Origin: Leptospiraceae bacterium
GTDB taxonomy: Bacteria; Spirochaetota; Leptospiria; Leptospirales; Leptonemataceae
Assembly: GCA_040217195.1 (NCBI GenBank)
Contig: JAVJNR010000004.1
Coordinates: forward strand, 256,001 to 320,000
Direction: 5' to 3'
DNA: 64,000 nucleotides
The notes beneath the pieces were generated by a model that worked only from the letters and a program-made list of their open reading frames with translations, was not told the origin of the DNA and ran no database searches. Of the stretch, positions 29,436-40,707 are shown piece by piece (the first letter of the stretch is position 1; every line of letters begins with the position of its first letter). Made by a program: the position numbers and the translations under genes.

Positions 29436-31962
29436 GATTCTTCCGGTTCAAATAGTCAGACTACTTCCCTATTTCCTGGCTCTGGGTCTGGCCCTACTGC
29501 ATTTGCTGGTCTGGATTCGTTTCCAGGGCCTTGAAGATGCGAAGCATCAAAAGGAGCTTCAAAAAGTTGCCACTGACATTTCCCGCCACGCCCAGAGAAG
29601 AGTCGATTTCTATAGCAGTGAACTACTGGCTTTGGAATCACTGTACAAAGCATCAGATCTTGTAACTCTGGCAGACTGGAAATCATTCCTTAAAACTATG
29701 CGTGCAGACCAGGATCCAATCATCATGGACCTGGCGGTAGGTAGGGTAACTCCTACAGGACGATTCATTCCTCAGTATAGCAAATCCCAGAGCTCCCAGT
29801 GGGAAACAGGACGAAACACCTATAAGGTTCTTCGGGACAGAGAAGAGGTCTTCGCAGAGTCCTATACCCCTCCAGTGATTCTAAAGGAGATAGGAGATGG
29901 ATATCAGTTCCAGATGTTTCGACTCATGGATGCCAGAACCATGCAGGTGGCCGCAATTCGCCTGAACGGTGCATTGCTTTTTCAGGAGCTAAAGACTGAA
30001 TTTCCGGAAGGTATCTCAGTTGAGGTTTTCCTACCAGCACCGGAAAGCGCATTGTTGCTCGGACCGCCCGGTACAGGGACCAGGCCGAACTGGAGCCCGG
30101 TCACCCCTGAATTGGAAGCGAAAGGAGATACCATACTTTTTCACGGCCCCTATTTTCGTTATAATATTCATGCAAGCGATAGATTCTTTGAATTATACTC
30201 CGGAGCGGATCAGGGATTATTCAGATTCTTTTTTGTATTCGGTGGATTGGGACTGTCCGTTCTAATTGCACTGCTATTCTGGCAACAGGCGCGAACAAGA
30301 AGTCGGGCTGTGGACCTGGCCAGATCCATGGCGCGTGCCTTTCGCATATCCAGAAGCCGTCAGGCCCAGGTATTCAGAAAAAACAAAGCGGTTCAGCTTT
30401 TGCTGGAACCGGCCACAGGTCGCATAATCGATGCAAATGAAGCGGCCATACAATTCTACGGATATGAGCGAGAAGAATTACTCAAGAAGACCGTAATCGA
30501 TATAAACACAGCCACCAGAGAAGAGATTCTGGCGGCCATGGAAAGAGCAAGAACTGCAGGACAGAGCCATTTCGATTTCAGGCATCAGCTAAAGAATGGA
30601 GAGATTCGGGATGTGGAGGTTTATTCGGGCCCGCTGGATTTTCAGGGCAAAACCTTCTTGTACTCCATTGTTCATGATGTGACCGTGCGAAAGCAACTGG
30701 AGAAGGAACTAATTCAAGCCAAAGAGTCTGCCCTGGCAGCGTCCCATGCTAAATCTGCCTTTCTGGCCAACATGAGTCATGAAATTCGTACCCCCATGTA
30801 TTCCTTGATGGGAATGGCAGAACTAATGAAGGAAACGACTCTGGAGCCCGATCAAACCGAGTACCTGGATATCATTGAGAAAAGCTCCAGAGCATTGCTT
30901 GAAGTAATCGATAATGTACTGGATGTATCCAGAATAGAATCCGGGACCATGGTTCTGGACAACGCTCCATTCAATCCCAACCGAATACTGGAGAATGTTC
31001 TGGCAATAATGGAACCGGTGGCCCGCCAGAAGGAATTGACTTTGCAAGTTGAGTCTGGCCTGGATCCGGATTTGATTTTGAGCGGCGATGCATTTCGGAT
31101 GCAGCAGGTTCTACTGAATCTTGTCGGGAACAGTATTAAATTCACTTCCAGCGGCGAAATTCTGATTCTGGCAGATAGTCTTGCCAGTCATCCATTGACA
31201 GGGGATGGAGATTCGCCTCCTACACTGGAAGTGATTCGCATTGGAGTTAAGGACTCCGGTCGTGGTATTACCAGAGAGGAGATGGAACATATCTTCGATG
31301 CATTCTACCAGGCTGACATGCCTGTTCGGAAAAGACCCGGTGGAAGTGGTCTGGGATTGAGTATCAGTAAAAAGATTGTTGAACTCATGGGCTCATCGCT
31401 GCGAGTAATCAGCCAGCCCGGTGAGGGCAGCCATTTCTTCTTTACCGTTCAATTGCCCACTACCCAGGCTCGAGAACAAAGGAAAGAAACCAGAGATGAG
31501 GTACCATTGGAACCAGGGAAGGCCCGTATCCTGATCGTCGAGGATAATCAAGACAATCAAATGCTAATCAACAAGATGCTGGGCAAAGGTCCGTACAAAC
31601 TGGATTCCGCCTGGAATGGAAAAGAAGCCGTAAGGAAAACGGCCAATCAGGACTTTGATTTAATACTCATGGATTTGCAAATGCCTGAACTGGACGGTCT
31701 CAGCGCCTGCAAACTTATCAAACGTCGGTATGCTCGCAGGCCTTCCTACCAATCCAGAGTTTGCCCCCCGGTGGTAGCGCTCACCGCTTCAAGCCTGGAG
31801 GAGGACAAGCAGGAAGCCTTTGAGGCTGGCATGGTACGATTTGTGAGCAAGCCGGTAACTCCGAGTGAGCTGCGAAGACTGGTACAGGAAACAATCAACG
31901 GTTCACATCGGATGCCGCCGGACAGTGGCGGCCCGGTCCTTAAGCCAGAGTCAATGAAGTAA
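29398..31962 (+). CDS. membrane hybrid histidine kinase (periplasmic sensor, PAS, HisKA, HATPase, REC)
   Basis: Two TM segments, SHEIRTP, GNSIKFT, GSGLGL, VEDN...MDLQMP. Confidence 0.93.
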   Translation: MQIMNFPSRPLRKILPVQIVRLLPYFLALGLALLHLLVWIRFQGLEDAKHQKELQKVATDISRHAQRRVDFYSSELLALESLYKASDLVTLADWKSFLKTMRADQDPIIMDLAVGRVTPTGRFIPQYSKSQSSQWETGRNTYKVLRDREEVFAESYTPPVILKEIGDGYQFQMFRLMDARTMQVAAIRLNGALLFQELKTEFPEGISVEVFLPAPESALLLGPPGTGTRPNWSPVTPELEAKGDTILFHGPYFRYNIHASDRFFELYSGADQGLFRFFFVFGGLGLSVLIALLFWQQARTRSRAVDLARSMARAFRISRSRQAQVFRKNKAVQLLLEPATGRIIDANEAAIQFYGYEREELLKKTVIDINTATREEILAAMERARTAGQSHFDFRHQLKNGEIRDVEVYSGPLDFQGKTFLYSIVHDVTVRKQLEKELIQAKESALAASHAKSAFLANMSHEIRTPMYSLMGMAELMKETTLEPDQTEYLDIIEKSSRALLEVIDNVLDVSRIESGTMVLDNAPFNPNRILENVLAIMEPVARQKELTLQVESGLDPDLILSGDAFRMQQVLLNLVGNSIKFTSSGEILILADSLASHPLTGDGDSPPTLEVIRIGVKDSGRGITREEMEHIFDAFYQADMPVRKRPGGSGLGLSISKKIVELMGSSLRVISQPGEGSHFFFTVQLPTTQAREQRKETRDEVPLEPGKARILIVEDNQDNQMLINKMLGKGPYKLDSAWNGKEAVRKTANQDFDLILMDLQMPELDGLSACKLIKRRYARRPSYQSRVCPPVVALTASSLEEDKQEAFEAGMVRFVSKPVTPSELRRLVQETINGSHRMPPDSGGPVLKPESMK

Positions 31963-32027
31963 ATTCGCGCCCTGACCTTCGAGCAAATTCCTTTGACATC
32001 TGAATAGAACTCTCCGAATCTTACTCA

Positions 32028-32738
32028 GTGCGGATCAGGATCCTACAGCACGCCCCCTTTGAAGGACCGGGACATATTACAGAATGGGCCGCATCTCGTT
32101 CCTTTTCGCTGGAAGTTATTCACACTTATAAAGGTATCTCGGCTGGAAACCCGGATGAATATGATTGGCTGGTAGTTCTGGGCGGACCCATGAGCGCCAA
32201 TGATGATAAGCCCTGGTTACGAAATGAGAAGCGTGCGATTGCGGATGCTTTGAATGCTGCAGCGGCCGGTCGAGCGCATGTAATTGGAATCTGTCTGGGA
32301 GCACAACTAATTGCCCAGGCTATGGGTTCACCGATTACCGATAGCGCGGAAAAAGAAATTGGCTGGTTTGATTTGAACTTCAGCCCGGAAGCCCGCTCCA
32401 CCCATTTCTTCTCAGATTTTCCCGAATCATCCACAGTGTTTCACTGGCACGGGGAAGAATTTTCGCTGCCACCCAATTGTACAAATCTGGCCAGTACAGA
32501 AGTGACTCAATGTCAGGGCTTCTTTCATGGCTCCAATATTTTCGGGTTTCAGTTTCATCTGGAAATGCTATCCAACGGAATTCAGAATCTGATGAAACAC
32601 TGCAAAAAAGATATGAAAGACCAGAAAGCCCCCTATATTCAATCAGCCAGGGAAATTGAAGCGGGCATTGGAAAGCATCTTGCCGAAAATCGACGTTTGC
32701 TGGATCGTTTCCTGGATGAGCTTGTGGAACGGACCTGA
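32028..32738 (+). CDS. type 1 glutamine amidotransferase (stand-alone)
   Basis: GGPMS, GICLGAQ, FHWH, QFHLE. Confidence 0.92.
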   Translation: MRIRILQHAPFEGPGHITEWAASRSFSLEVIHTYKGISAGNPDEYDWLVVLGGPMSANDDKPWLRNEKRAIADALNAAAAGRAHVIGICLGAQLIAQAMGSPITDSAEKEIGWFDLNFSPEARSTHFFSDFPESSTVFHWHGEEFSLPPNCTNLASTEVTQCQGFFHGSNIFGFQFHLEMLSNGIQNLMKHCKKDMKDQKAPYIQSAREIEAGIGKHLAENRRLLDRFLDELVERT

Positions 32739-32764
32739 CTCCTTCCTGAAAGCCAGGGGAGTCT

Positions 32765-33304
32765 ATGAACACAAAGCCAACCTTCAGAATTACTCAAAAC
32801 TCATTCAAATTGGTCGCTGTTGCGCTGGCCTTTCTTTTTGCAGGATGCATGGGCCTCAGACCGTCCATGGATTCCGGAACATTCCAGGAGTCGACCAGGA
32901 GATTGACCATTCCTTCACTGAGGGTTGAATTTCAGGTCCCGGAAAGCTGGACTGTGGAGTATTCCGGTGATGCGATCGAAACCAACGCTGCAGACCTGTA
33001 TCCATCCATGCGATTCGCACCAGCTCCAAACCGATGCAGCTACAGGCATATTTCTGACCTCAAGCAGGAACTGTCGGAAATGATCTATAAATGGAATCCC
33101 GTGAAATCCCAGACCGTCAATGGTATGAACGGCTACTCCTGGGAAGGGTTTGGACGGGAAGATGCCCTGGAATATACAATCCTGGTGTGGCTTCTGGAAA
33201 ATCAGGGAGGATGTATGGTAGCTGTGATGTTTACCCCGAACGATGTTTATTCGGAAAGCAGGGTTCGTGCAGAACCGGTATTCCAGTCCATTCGCCCATA
33301 CTAG
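32765..33304 (+). CDS. hypothetical lipoprotein, possibly PsbP/DcrB-like fold
   Basis: FAGC lipobox; FQVPESW and C-terminal VFQSIRP patterns. Confidence 0.7.
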   Translation: MNTKPTFRITQNSFKLVAVALAFLFAGCMGLRPSMDSGTFQESTRRLTIPSLRVEFQVPESWTVEYSGDAIETNAADLYPSMRFAPAPNRCSYRHISDLKQELSEMIYKWNPVKSQTVNGMNGYSWEGFGREDALEYTILVWLLENQGGCMVAVMFTPNDVYSESRVRAEPVFQSIRPY

Positions 33305-33314
33305 GCTATTCTGT

Positions 33315-34391
33315 TTAAAGACTATTAATCTTGGTTCGCAAAGCAGATCGGGTACCACTGGAAGCCCAGTTGATCTGAAAATGCTCGTATCGTCCCAGAT
33401 CTGTGGTGGGATTTGGATTGGTAACTCCGGAATATTGAGAGCTTGTAATGGGCACAATGCAATCGCCACGAAAGCCGTCTGGATGAAGGATCAGACAGGC
33501 TGACTGCATGACCGTCGAAACAGAGCCATTATCATCAAAGCTATTTCCATCGTCGATGTCTCCATAGGTTAGATGAATTAAATGATCCCGACCGCTCTTT
33601 GCCGCAAGCTCGGTCAGAAATGGATTGGATGCACCGGGAATATTACCATCGAAATTGTCCCAGCGAAGATCGGATCCTCCATCCGTCTGTGTAATAAAGG
33701 AAGCCAGAGCACCCAGAAAGGATTTGCTTTCCTGATACTCCGGTGATGCCCAGGGAGATCCATGCAGAGGAGAGCCATTGATCAACGCAGCCCTTAGATA
33801 CAGCGGCGTACTACCCTGATAGAGCGCCGTTCTGGTCACTATGCCGCCCATACTGTGCGCATAGATGATCACCTCTTGCGAAGTGACAGAGCCAAACGTG
33901 CGATCCAACCAGTAACGAAAACGAGAGCCATTTAAGGCAATGGAATCACTGGTAAGATAATCAAAAATAAATACCTGGTATCCGTCCAGCAGCAGATTAT
34001 CATAGTCGGTGGTTTTGAAAAGATGGTTCCATTTGGTAACCAGGGCTCTGCGTTCCAGGTCATTGGGCGAAGGGTAATCCACATCGCTGCGATCTGAAGT
34101 GTCCCATCCAGAGACCAGAATCAATTTCTTCTGACCGGAGAAGGTATCCGAAGGCTGAGCTTCTCGAATGAAATTGATGTTCTCCTCATCGCCTACAACC
34201 AGAGGATCTACGTAATACAGCCGGGCCCAGTAATCACCGAGAGGCTGCAAAAGCCCCAGAAGATAGAGCACTTCATTCTCATCATCCTTCTGGCAGGCAT
34301 TTCCCTGGCAGGAAGCAAAAAGAGAGATTAGAAGAATGCCCAGAATGCGAATGGAGAATCTACGGAATCGCTTAAAACGGGCATATCTCAT
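33315..34391 (-). CDS. alpha/beta-hydrolase lipoprotein (lipase/esterase-like)
   Basis: FASC lipobox, AHSMGG nucleophile elbow, GSPLHGS, GDCIVP, terminal His. Start moved from 34556. Confidence 0.85.
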   Translation of the reverse strand: MRYARFKRFRRFSIRILGILLISLFASCQGNACQKDDENEVLYLLGLLQPLGDYWARLYYVDPLVVGDEENINFIREAQPSDTFSGQKKLILVSGWDTSDRSDVDYPSPNDLERRALVTKWNHLFKTTDYDNLLLDGYQVFIFDYLTSDSIALNGSRFRYWLDRTFGSVTSQEVIIYAHSMGGIVTRTALYQGSTPLYLRAALINGSPLHGSPWASPEYQESKSFLGALASFITQTDGGSDLRWDNFDGNIPGASNPFLTELAAKSGRDHLIHLTYGDIDDGNSFDDNGSVSTVMQSACLILHPDGFRGDCIVPITSSQYSGVTNPNPTTDLGRYEHFQINWASSGTRSALRTKINSL

Positions 34392-34586
34392 ACTAGGGAC
34401 CTCTGGAATGGAATCGCCCGGCAAATGCATTACTGCATCAGGACCAATTTTGCGATTAAAACAAATGATGGCTGTCCGGCAGCCGCAGGGCCTGCACTGC
34501 GAACTGGAAGCGCTCAGAAAAAATCCGGCATTCTTCAACCAACTGGCTGACCGCATAACTCAGGCTTACTTCCTCTACAACGCTGT

Positions 34587-36026
34587 TCAGTTAGCCTTTA
34601 CCTGAAGCTCACGATGAACTATATCTGCGCATTTGCGACCTTCGGAAATGGCCCAGACGATAATGGACTGCCCACGACGAACATCGCCGCATGCATAGAT
34701 TCCAGGAGCGCTTGTTTTGAAATGCTCTCCACCAATTCCAAAGCTGGCCTTGATGTTTCCTCGATCATCGTACTGCACGCCTGCTTCCTGCAATTGCTTC
34801 AAGAGTGGAGTCTGTCGTGGACCGGTGAATCCGATAGCAATAAGAATTAGATCCGCTGGTATTTCAAAGTCGGAATTGGGAACATCGGTTATCTGACGTC
34901 CCTCCTTTTCCACTTTGTTACCACGAACAGCCACTACGCGACCATCCCTGCCAACGAATTCCTTGGAATGAAGGCTCCATTCCCGGTTTACACCTTCCTC
35001 CTGAGAGGTGGACGTACGATACACCCTGGGATAAAGGGGCCAGGGATCGTTGGGACCCCGATCTTTTGGAGGAGCTGGATTATAATCCATTTGAGTAATG
35101 GACTTTGCTCCCTGACGGTTGGCAGTTCCAATACAGTCCGAGCCTGTATCACCACCACCGATTACAATTACATGCTTATCTTTTGCATCAATCTGGTCTT
35201 CTATTTTATCGCCTGCCACAACGCGATTCTGTTGTACCAGATAATCCATGGCAAAATGCACGCCTTCTAGCTCCTTTCCAGGAATTTCTACTTTGCGTGG
35301 TTCCTCTGCACCCATGGCCAGAATCAGAGCATCGTGCTTCTGCCGCAGTTCTTCAATGGTAATATCAATTCCAACGTTAATGCCGGTCTTGCATTTAACG
35401 CCTTCGATCTTTAGCTGCTCAAAGCGACGATCAATACGCCACTTCTCCATCTTAAAATCCGGGATTCCGTATCGAAGTAGACCACCGATTCGATCTTCCC
35501 GCTCATAGATGGTAACATCATGTCCGGCTCTGGCCAGTTGCTGAGCCGCTGCCAGGCCGGCCGGCCCGGAGCCAATGATTCCAATGGTTCGACCGGTGAG
35601 TACGCGCGGAGGACGGGGCTCTACCCAGCCTTCTTCGAATCCTCGATCAATAATAGTACGCTCCATGGCTTTGATGGCCACTGGAGGCTCATTGATGCCC
35701 AGAACACAGGCGGATTCGCAAGGTGCTGGACAAAGCATGCCCGTAAATTCCGGGAAATTATTGGTGCTATGAAGATTATCAAGTGCTTCCTTCCATCGAC
35801 CTCGATATACAAGATCATTCCACTCTGGAATAAGGTTATCCACCGGACAGCCGTGGTCGCCCTGGCAAAAAGGAACTCCACAATCCATACATCGAGCGCC
35901 CTGAATCCGCGCCGTTTCGTTGTCGAAGGACTTTTCGAATTCCTTGTAATGCTTGACCCTGGTTTCCACCGGATCCTTGGGCAATGGAGCCCTGCGATAT
36001 TCTTTAAACCCTGTTATCTTTCCCAT
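34587..36026 (-). CDS. gltD: glutamate synthase small subunit
   Basis: RCMDCGVPFC, GSGPAGL, GGGDTGSDC, GDVRRGQS. Confidence 0.97.
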   Translation of the reverse strand: MGKITGFKEYRRAPLPKDPVETRVKHYKEFEKSFDNETARIQGARCMDCGVPFCQGDHGCPVDNLIPEWNDLVYRGRWKEALDNLHSTNNFPEFTGMLCPAPCESACVLGINEPPVAIKAMERTIIDRGFEEGWVEPRPPRVLTGRTIGIIGSGPAGLAAAQQLARAGHDVTIYEREDRIGGLLRYGIPDFKMEKWRIDRRFEQLKIEGVKCKTGINVGIDITIEELRQKHDALILAMGAEEPRKVEIPGKELEGVHFAMDYLVQQNRVVAGDKIEDQIDAKDKHVIVIGGGDTGSDCIGTANRQGAKSITQMDYNPAPPKDRGPNDPWPLYPRVYRTSTSQEEGVNREWSLHSKEFVGRDGRVVAVRGNKVEKEGRQITDVPNSDFEIPADLILIAIGFTGPRQTPLLKQLQEAGVQYDDRGNIKASFGIGGEHFKTSAPGIYACGDVRRGQSIIVWAISEGRKCADIVHRELQVKAN

Positions 36027-36047
36027 ATCGTATCCTGGAAGGCCCTC

Positions 36048-39000
36048 TTATATACGCGCCTGAGCCTTGTTCTGCTGCATTTTCATGGCATTCTCTTCTT
36101 CCATCTTTTGCAGCGCCATTTTGTAATCTCCAGGGATTACCTTTACAAAGTCACGAATTCTCTCTGGCCAATCCTTCAAGATCTCTGCAGCCCGTGAAGA
36201 GCCGGTATACTCTTGATGCCTGGTTATCATATGCAGAACTTCATCAATATCCTGAGGTTCTACCAGAGGCTCCAGGTCCACCATGGCCGGGTTGACTTGC
36301 TCCCGAAATTTATTCTCCGGATCCCAGATATAGGCTATTCCTCCGGACATACCGGCTGCAAAGTTTCGACCGGTTGTTCCCAGAATGACCACACGGCCAC
36401 CGGTCATATATTCGCATCCATGATCACCCACGCCTTCCACGACGGCACGAGCCCCGGAATTTCGCACTGCGAAACGCTCGCCAGCCATACCGTTAAAATA
36501 GGCTTCCCCGGAGGTTGCACCATACAGGCAGGTATTTCCGATTACAATATTCTCAGTAGGATCGAAGCCGGCATGCACTGGAGTAATCACCGCCAGCCTT
36601 CCGCCGGACAGTCCTTTACCTACATAGTCATTGCCCTGCCCTGTAAGTGATAGAGTTACACCACGAGTCAGAAAGGCTCCAAAGCTCTGACCCGCATAAC
36701 CGTTCATCTTGATCTGCAATGTATGATCCGGCAATCCTTCCTCGCCATATCGTCTTGCGATCTCTCCGGAAAGCATAGCACCTACAGTTCGGTCGATGTT
36801 TTGCACTGGTATCTCAATGGTAGTGGGCTCTTGATTTTCCAGCGCCGGTCTGGCTTTTTCTATTAGCACATGATCAATCTGCTTATCCAGACCATGATCC
36901 TGTTTGTTTACACAGTACAGTCCGGTGCCAAAAGCTGGTTTTGGCTTGTTCAGTATTTTGCTTAGTTCAAGGCCTCTTGCTTTCCAGTGATCTTTTAGCC
37001 TTACGGGCCGAATTCTCTCCACCTGCCCGATCATTTCATTCATTGTGCGAAAACCCATTTCGGCCATCAATTCGCGTACTTCCTGAGCCACGAATGTGAG
37101 GTAACGAACCAGGTGCTCCGGCTGGCCAGTGAATTTCTTACGCAGATCAGGATCCTGGGTTGCGATGCCCACAGGACAGGTATTCAGATGACATTTTCGC
37201 ATCATAATGCAACCCTGAGTCACCAGAGCAGCGGTCGAAAAACCGTACTCTTCTGCACCCAGCAATGCTGCGATGATCACATCTCGACCGGTCATCATTT
37301 TGCCATCACTGCCCACGACTACACGGTCTCTCAGTCCTTCGCCTACCAGGGTCTGATGAGTTTCGGAAAGTCCGATTTCCCAGGGGGTACCTGCATAGTG
37401 GATGGAAGAAATGGGGCTGGCTCCGGTACCACCATCATGACCGGAAATGAGGATATGATCTGCATGGGCCTTGGCCACACCGGCGGCCACAGTCCCCACT
37501 CCAACAGAACTCACCAGCTTCACACTAATACGAGCCTTTGGATTCACATTCTTCAGGTCAAAAATCAGCTGAGCCAGATCCTCAATAGAATAGATATCGT
37601 GGTGAGGAGGAGGCGAAATGAGCGTCACTCCCGGAGTAGAAAATCTCAGTTTGGCAATGTAGTTATCTACTTTATGTCCGGGAAGCTGTCCGCCTTCCCC
37701 CGGCTTCGCACCCTGTGCCATCTTGATTTGAATATCGTCTGCATTTACAAGATAGTGGGTGGTAACTCCAAAGCGACCGGAAGCCACCTGCTTAATGGAG
37801 CTTCGCATGGAATCTCCATTTTCTAGAGGCTTATACCGAATGGAATCCTCGCCACCCTCACCGGTGTTGGATTTTCCGCCAATGCGGTTCATAGCAACGG
37901 CCAGGTTTGTATGGCTTTCCCAGGAAATAGAACCAAAGCTCATGGCACCGGTTTGAAACCGCTTCAGTATATTTTCGATAGGTTCCACTTCTTCCAGCGG
38001 AATGGAATTTCTCTTATCCAGGTCGAAGAGACTTCGCAGAGTAATTCGATCCCTTCCAGTGTCGTAGACTTCCTGGCTAAATTCTTTATACAGTTCGTAG
38101 TTATCTGTATGAGTGGAATGCTGGAGTTTGAAAATAGTCATGGGATTCCACAGATGCTTTTCCCCGTATTTTCTATAGTAGTGATGACTTCCTGGTTCCA
38201 GAACCCCGGCATAATAGGTTGCATCATAGGCCTGACGGTGCCGGCGGATAGACTCCTCTTCCAGCATCTCCATGCTCATTCCTTCCACCAGGGTATAAGT
38301 TCCGGTGAAATAGGTATTTACCAGTTCAGAATCCAGACCTATGGCTTCATAAATTTGAGCCCCGGTGTAGGATTGGAGCGTGGAAATTCCCATTTTGGAG
38401 AATATTTTGAACAGTCCCTTTCCAATACCTTTAATGTAGTTCTTTCGTGCATCCTTAATGTCCTGCACTTCTGGTAATGCGCCTTCCTTATGCAGATCTA
38501 CCAGTGTTTCGAAAGCCAGATAGGGATTGATTCCATTGGCCCCATACCCAAGAAGCATGGCAAAATGAGCCACTTCCCTGGGTTCGCCGGATTCAATGAT
38601 AAGCCCGGTCTTGGTTCTAAGGCCGGCACGAATCAGAAAATGATGTACTCCTGCCATTGCCAGCAGACTGGGTATGGCTGCCATATTCTGAGCCACGCCA
38701 CGGTCGCTCAGGATAATTAGATTATATCCGTTTCGCACAGCCTGGGCAGCTTCATCGCAAATCTGGTCCAGGCGATTTCGCATACCATGCTTTGCATCTG
38801 GATCAAAGAGAATATTGATTGTGGTGGTCTTGAAATTTCCCTGCTTGATGCTTCGAATCTTTTCCAGCTCATTGTTTGTGAGCACTGGATGTTCCAGTTC
38901 AATTCTATGAGCATGCTCTGGAGTTTCATCCAGGATGTTACCTTCCGGCCCTACCCAGGTGGTCAGATCCATCACCAGGTCTTCACGGATTGGATCGATG

Positions 39001-40616
39001 GGAGGATTGGTTACCTGAGCAAAGAGTTGCTTAAAATACCGAAACAGAGGTTGAGGTTTTTCGCTCAGCACAGCCAGAGATACATCATCGCCCATAGAAC
39101 CCACGGGTTCTTCGCCGCTGATGGCCATGGGTCGCATAAGAGTCATAACTTCTTCGGAAGTATAGCCAAAGGCTCGCTGACGCTCGCGGATGCTTTCATG
39201 ATCAGGCTGATAGACAAATGGAGGGTCTGGCAACTGACTCAGCCGCACCATCTGAGAATCGATCCATTCTAGATACGGCTTCTGATCTATGATCTGTTTC
39301 TTAATTTCTTCATCGTCCACGATGCGACCCTGCTCCAGGTCTATCAGGAACATCTTGCCGGGCTGCAATCGGCCACTATGAGCGACATTGGATGAATCCA
39401 CAGGTAGAGTCCCTACCTCGGATGACATGATAATCAATCCATCTCTGGTTTCAAGGTAGCGTGCCGGTCGAAGCCCATTTCGGTCCAGGGTAGCTCCAAT
39501 TACACGTCCATCGGTAAAAGCGACCGCCGCAGGTCCGTCCCAGGGTTCCATCATTGTAGCATGATATTCATAGAAGGCACGCTTCTGGGCGCTCATACCT
39601 TTCTTCTTTCCCCAGGCCTCGGGAATCATCATCATCATTGCATGTGGCAATGATCTTCCTGCCATGTAGAGCAATTCCAGTACGGTATCGAAGGTGGCCG
39701 AATCGCTCTGTCCTTCCATAATAATGGGCAGCATTCTACGTAGATCTTTCCCATAGTAAGGACTTTCCATAATCATCTGGCGAGCAGCCATCCAGTTGAT
39801 GTTTCCTCGAAGGGTGTTTATTTCTCCGTTATGAGCAATCATACGGAATGGATGAGCCAGATCCCAGGTCGGGAATGTATTGGTAGAAAAGCGCATGTGG
39901 ATCATGGCCAGCGCTGATTCCATATCCTCTGCTTTTAGATCCGGGTAGAAGTCAGGAAGCTGCTCGGAAAGAAGCATACCTTTATAGTTGATAGTGCGGC
40001 TGGAAAAAGATGGCACATAGTACTGGCTTCGATCCAGCTTATGCTCGGCTCGCACTCGACGGTCGATTACCCGACGGATTAAATACAGTCTTCTTTCAAA
40101 ATCGCTATTGCTGGTCAGATCATCGGATGCCTGAATAAAGCATTGCTTGAACACAGGCATGGTGGCCCGGGCTCCTTCGCCGCAATGGTTTTCATCGATG
40201 GGCACATCTCTCCAGGCCAGAAAGGTCTGCCCTTCATCCATCACCACTTTTTCAATGATGTTTTCTACTGCCTTGCGGACGGTTCTATTCTGAGGAAGAT
40301 AGACGAAGCCGATGGCATAGCGCCCTTCGGAAGGTAAAATGATATCACAGTCTTCTTTGGCCACGCGGCGGAAGAATTTGTCCGGGACCTGAATCAGTAA
40401 TCCGGCTCCGTCCCCGGTTTGAGGGTCCGCGCCCACGGCTCCCCGGTGAGCCAGATTGCACACCACCTGCAGGCCCATATCTACAACCTTGCGAGATTTT
40501 GTACCTTTGATGTCGGCTACGAAGCCCACACCACAGGCATCGCGTGCCATATCCGGGTCAAAAAGTCCGCTCTTTTGCGGTATAAAATTCCGGTTGCCTG
40601 CATTTTCCATATTCAT
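36048..40616 (-). CDS. gltB: glutamate synthase large subunit
   Basis: DACGVGF, RFSTNT, HNGEIN, QGAKPGEGG, CIMMRKCHLNTC. Confidence 0.98.
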   Translation of the reverse strand: MNMENAGNRNFIPQKSGLFDPDMARDACGVGFVADIKGTKSRKVVDMGLQVVCNLAHRGAVGADPQTGDGAGLLIQVPDKFFRRVAKEDCDIILPSEGRYAIGFVYLPQNRTVRKAVENIIEKVVMDEGQTFLAWRDVPIDENHCGEGARATMPVFKQCFIQASDDLTSNSDFERRLYLIRRVIDRRVRAEHKLDRSQYYVPSFSSRTINYKGMLLSEQLPDFYPDLKAEDMESALAMIHMRFSTNTFPTWDLAHPFRMIAHNGEINTLRGNINWMAARQMIMESPYYGKDLRRMLPIIMEGQSDSATFDTVLELLYMAGRSLPHAMMMMIPEAWGKKKGMSAQKRAFYEYHATMMEPWDGPAAVAFTDGRVIGATLDRNGLRPARYLETRDGLIIMSSEVGTLPVDSSNVAHSGRLQPGKMFLIDLEQGRIVDDEEIKKQIIDQKPYLEWIDSQMVRLSQLPDPPFVYQPDHESIRERQRAFGYTSEEVMTLMRPMAISGEEPVGSMGDDVSLAVLSEKPQPLFRYFKQLFAQVTNPPIDPIREDLVMDLTTWVGPEGNILDETPEHAHRIELEHPVLTNNELEKIRSIKQGNFKTTTINILFDPDAKHGMRNRLDQICDEAAQAVRNGYNLIILSDRGVAQNMAAIPSLLAMAGVHHFLIRAGLRTKTGLIIESGEPREVAHFAMLLGYGANGINPYLAFETLVDLHKEGALPEVQDIKDARKNYIKGIGKGLFKIFSKMGISTLQSYTGAQIYEAIGLDSELVNTYFTGTYTLVEGMSMEMLEEESIRRHRQAYDATYYAGVLEPGSHHYYRKYGEKHLWNPMTIFKLQHSTHTDNYELYKEFSQEVYDTGRDRITLRSLFDLDKRNSIPLEEVEPIENILKRFQTGAMSFGSISWESHTNLAVAMNRIGGKSNTGEGGEDSIRYKPLENGDSMRSSIKQVASGRFGVTTHYLVNADDIQIKMAQGAKPGEGGQLPGHKVDNYIAKLRFSTPGVTLISPPPHHDIYSIEDLAQLIFDLKNVNPKARISVKLVSSVGVGTVAAGVAKAHADHILISGHDGGTGASPISSIHYAGTPWEIGLSETHQTLVGEGLRDRVVVGSDGKMMTGRDVIIAALLGAEEYGFSTAALVTQGCIMMRKCHLNTCPVGIATQDPDLRKKFTGQPEHLVRYLTFVAQEVRELMAEMGFRTMNEMIGQVERIRPVRLKDHWKARGLELSKILNKPKPAFGTGLYCVNKQDHGLDKQIDHVLIEKARPALENQEPTTIEIPVQNIDRTVGAMLSGEIARRYGEEGLPDHTLQIKMNGYAGQSFGAFLTRGVTLSLTGQGNDYVGKGLSGGRLAVITPVHAGFDPTENIVIGNTCLYGATSGEAYFNGMAGERFAVRNSGARAVVEGVGDHGCEYMTGGRVVILGTTGRNFAAGMSGGIAYIWDPENKFREQVNPAMVDLEPLVEPQDIDEVLHMITRHQEYTGSSRAAEILKDWPERIRDFVKVIPGDYKMALQKMEEENAMKMQQNKAQARI

Positions 40617-40707
40617 ACTATCCTACAAACAGGGAACTTCCCCATCCCGACCAGAGTCCAAAATGGCTCGTTTCCTGTAAATGTACTAACAAAGAGCCCT
40701 ATCGACC

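Noticed and set aside
32915..33469. 184-aa minus-strand ORF
   Set aside because: It overlaps two better-supported genes.
35520..39272. Long plus-strand ORFs (225, 237, 188 and 161 aa)
   Set aside because: They are antisense shadows of gltD and gltB with no recognisable motifs.
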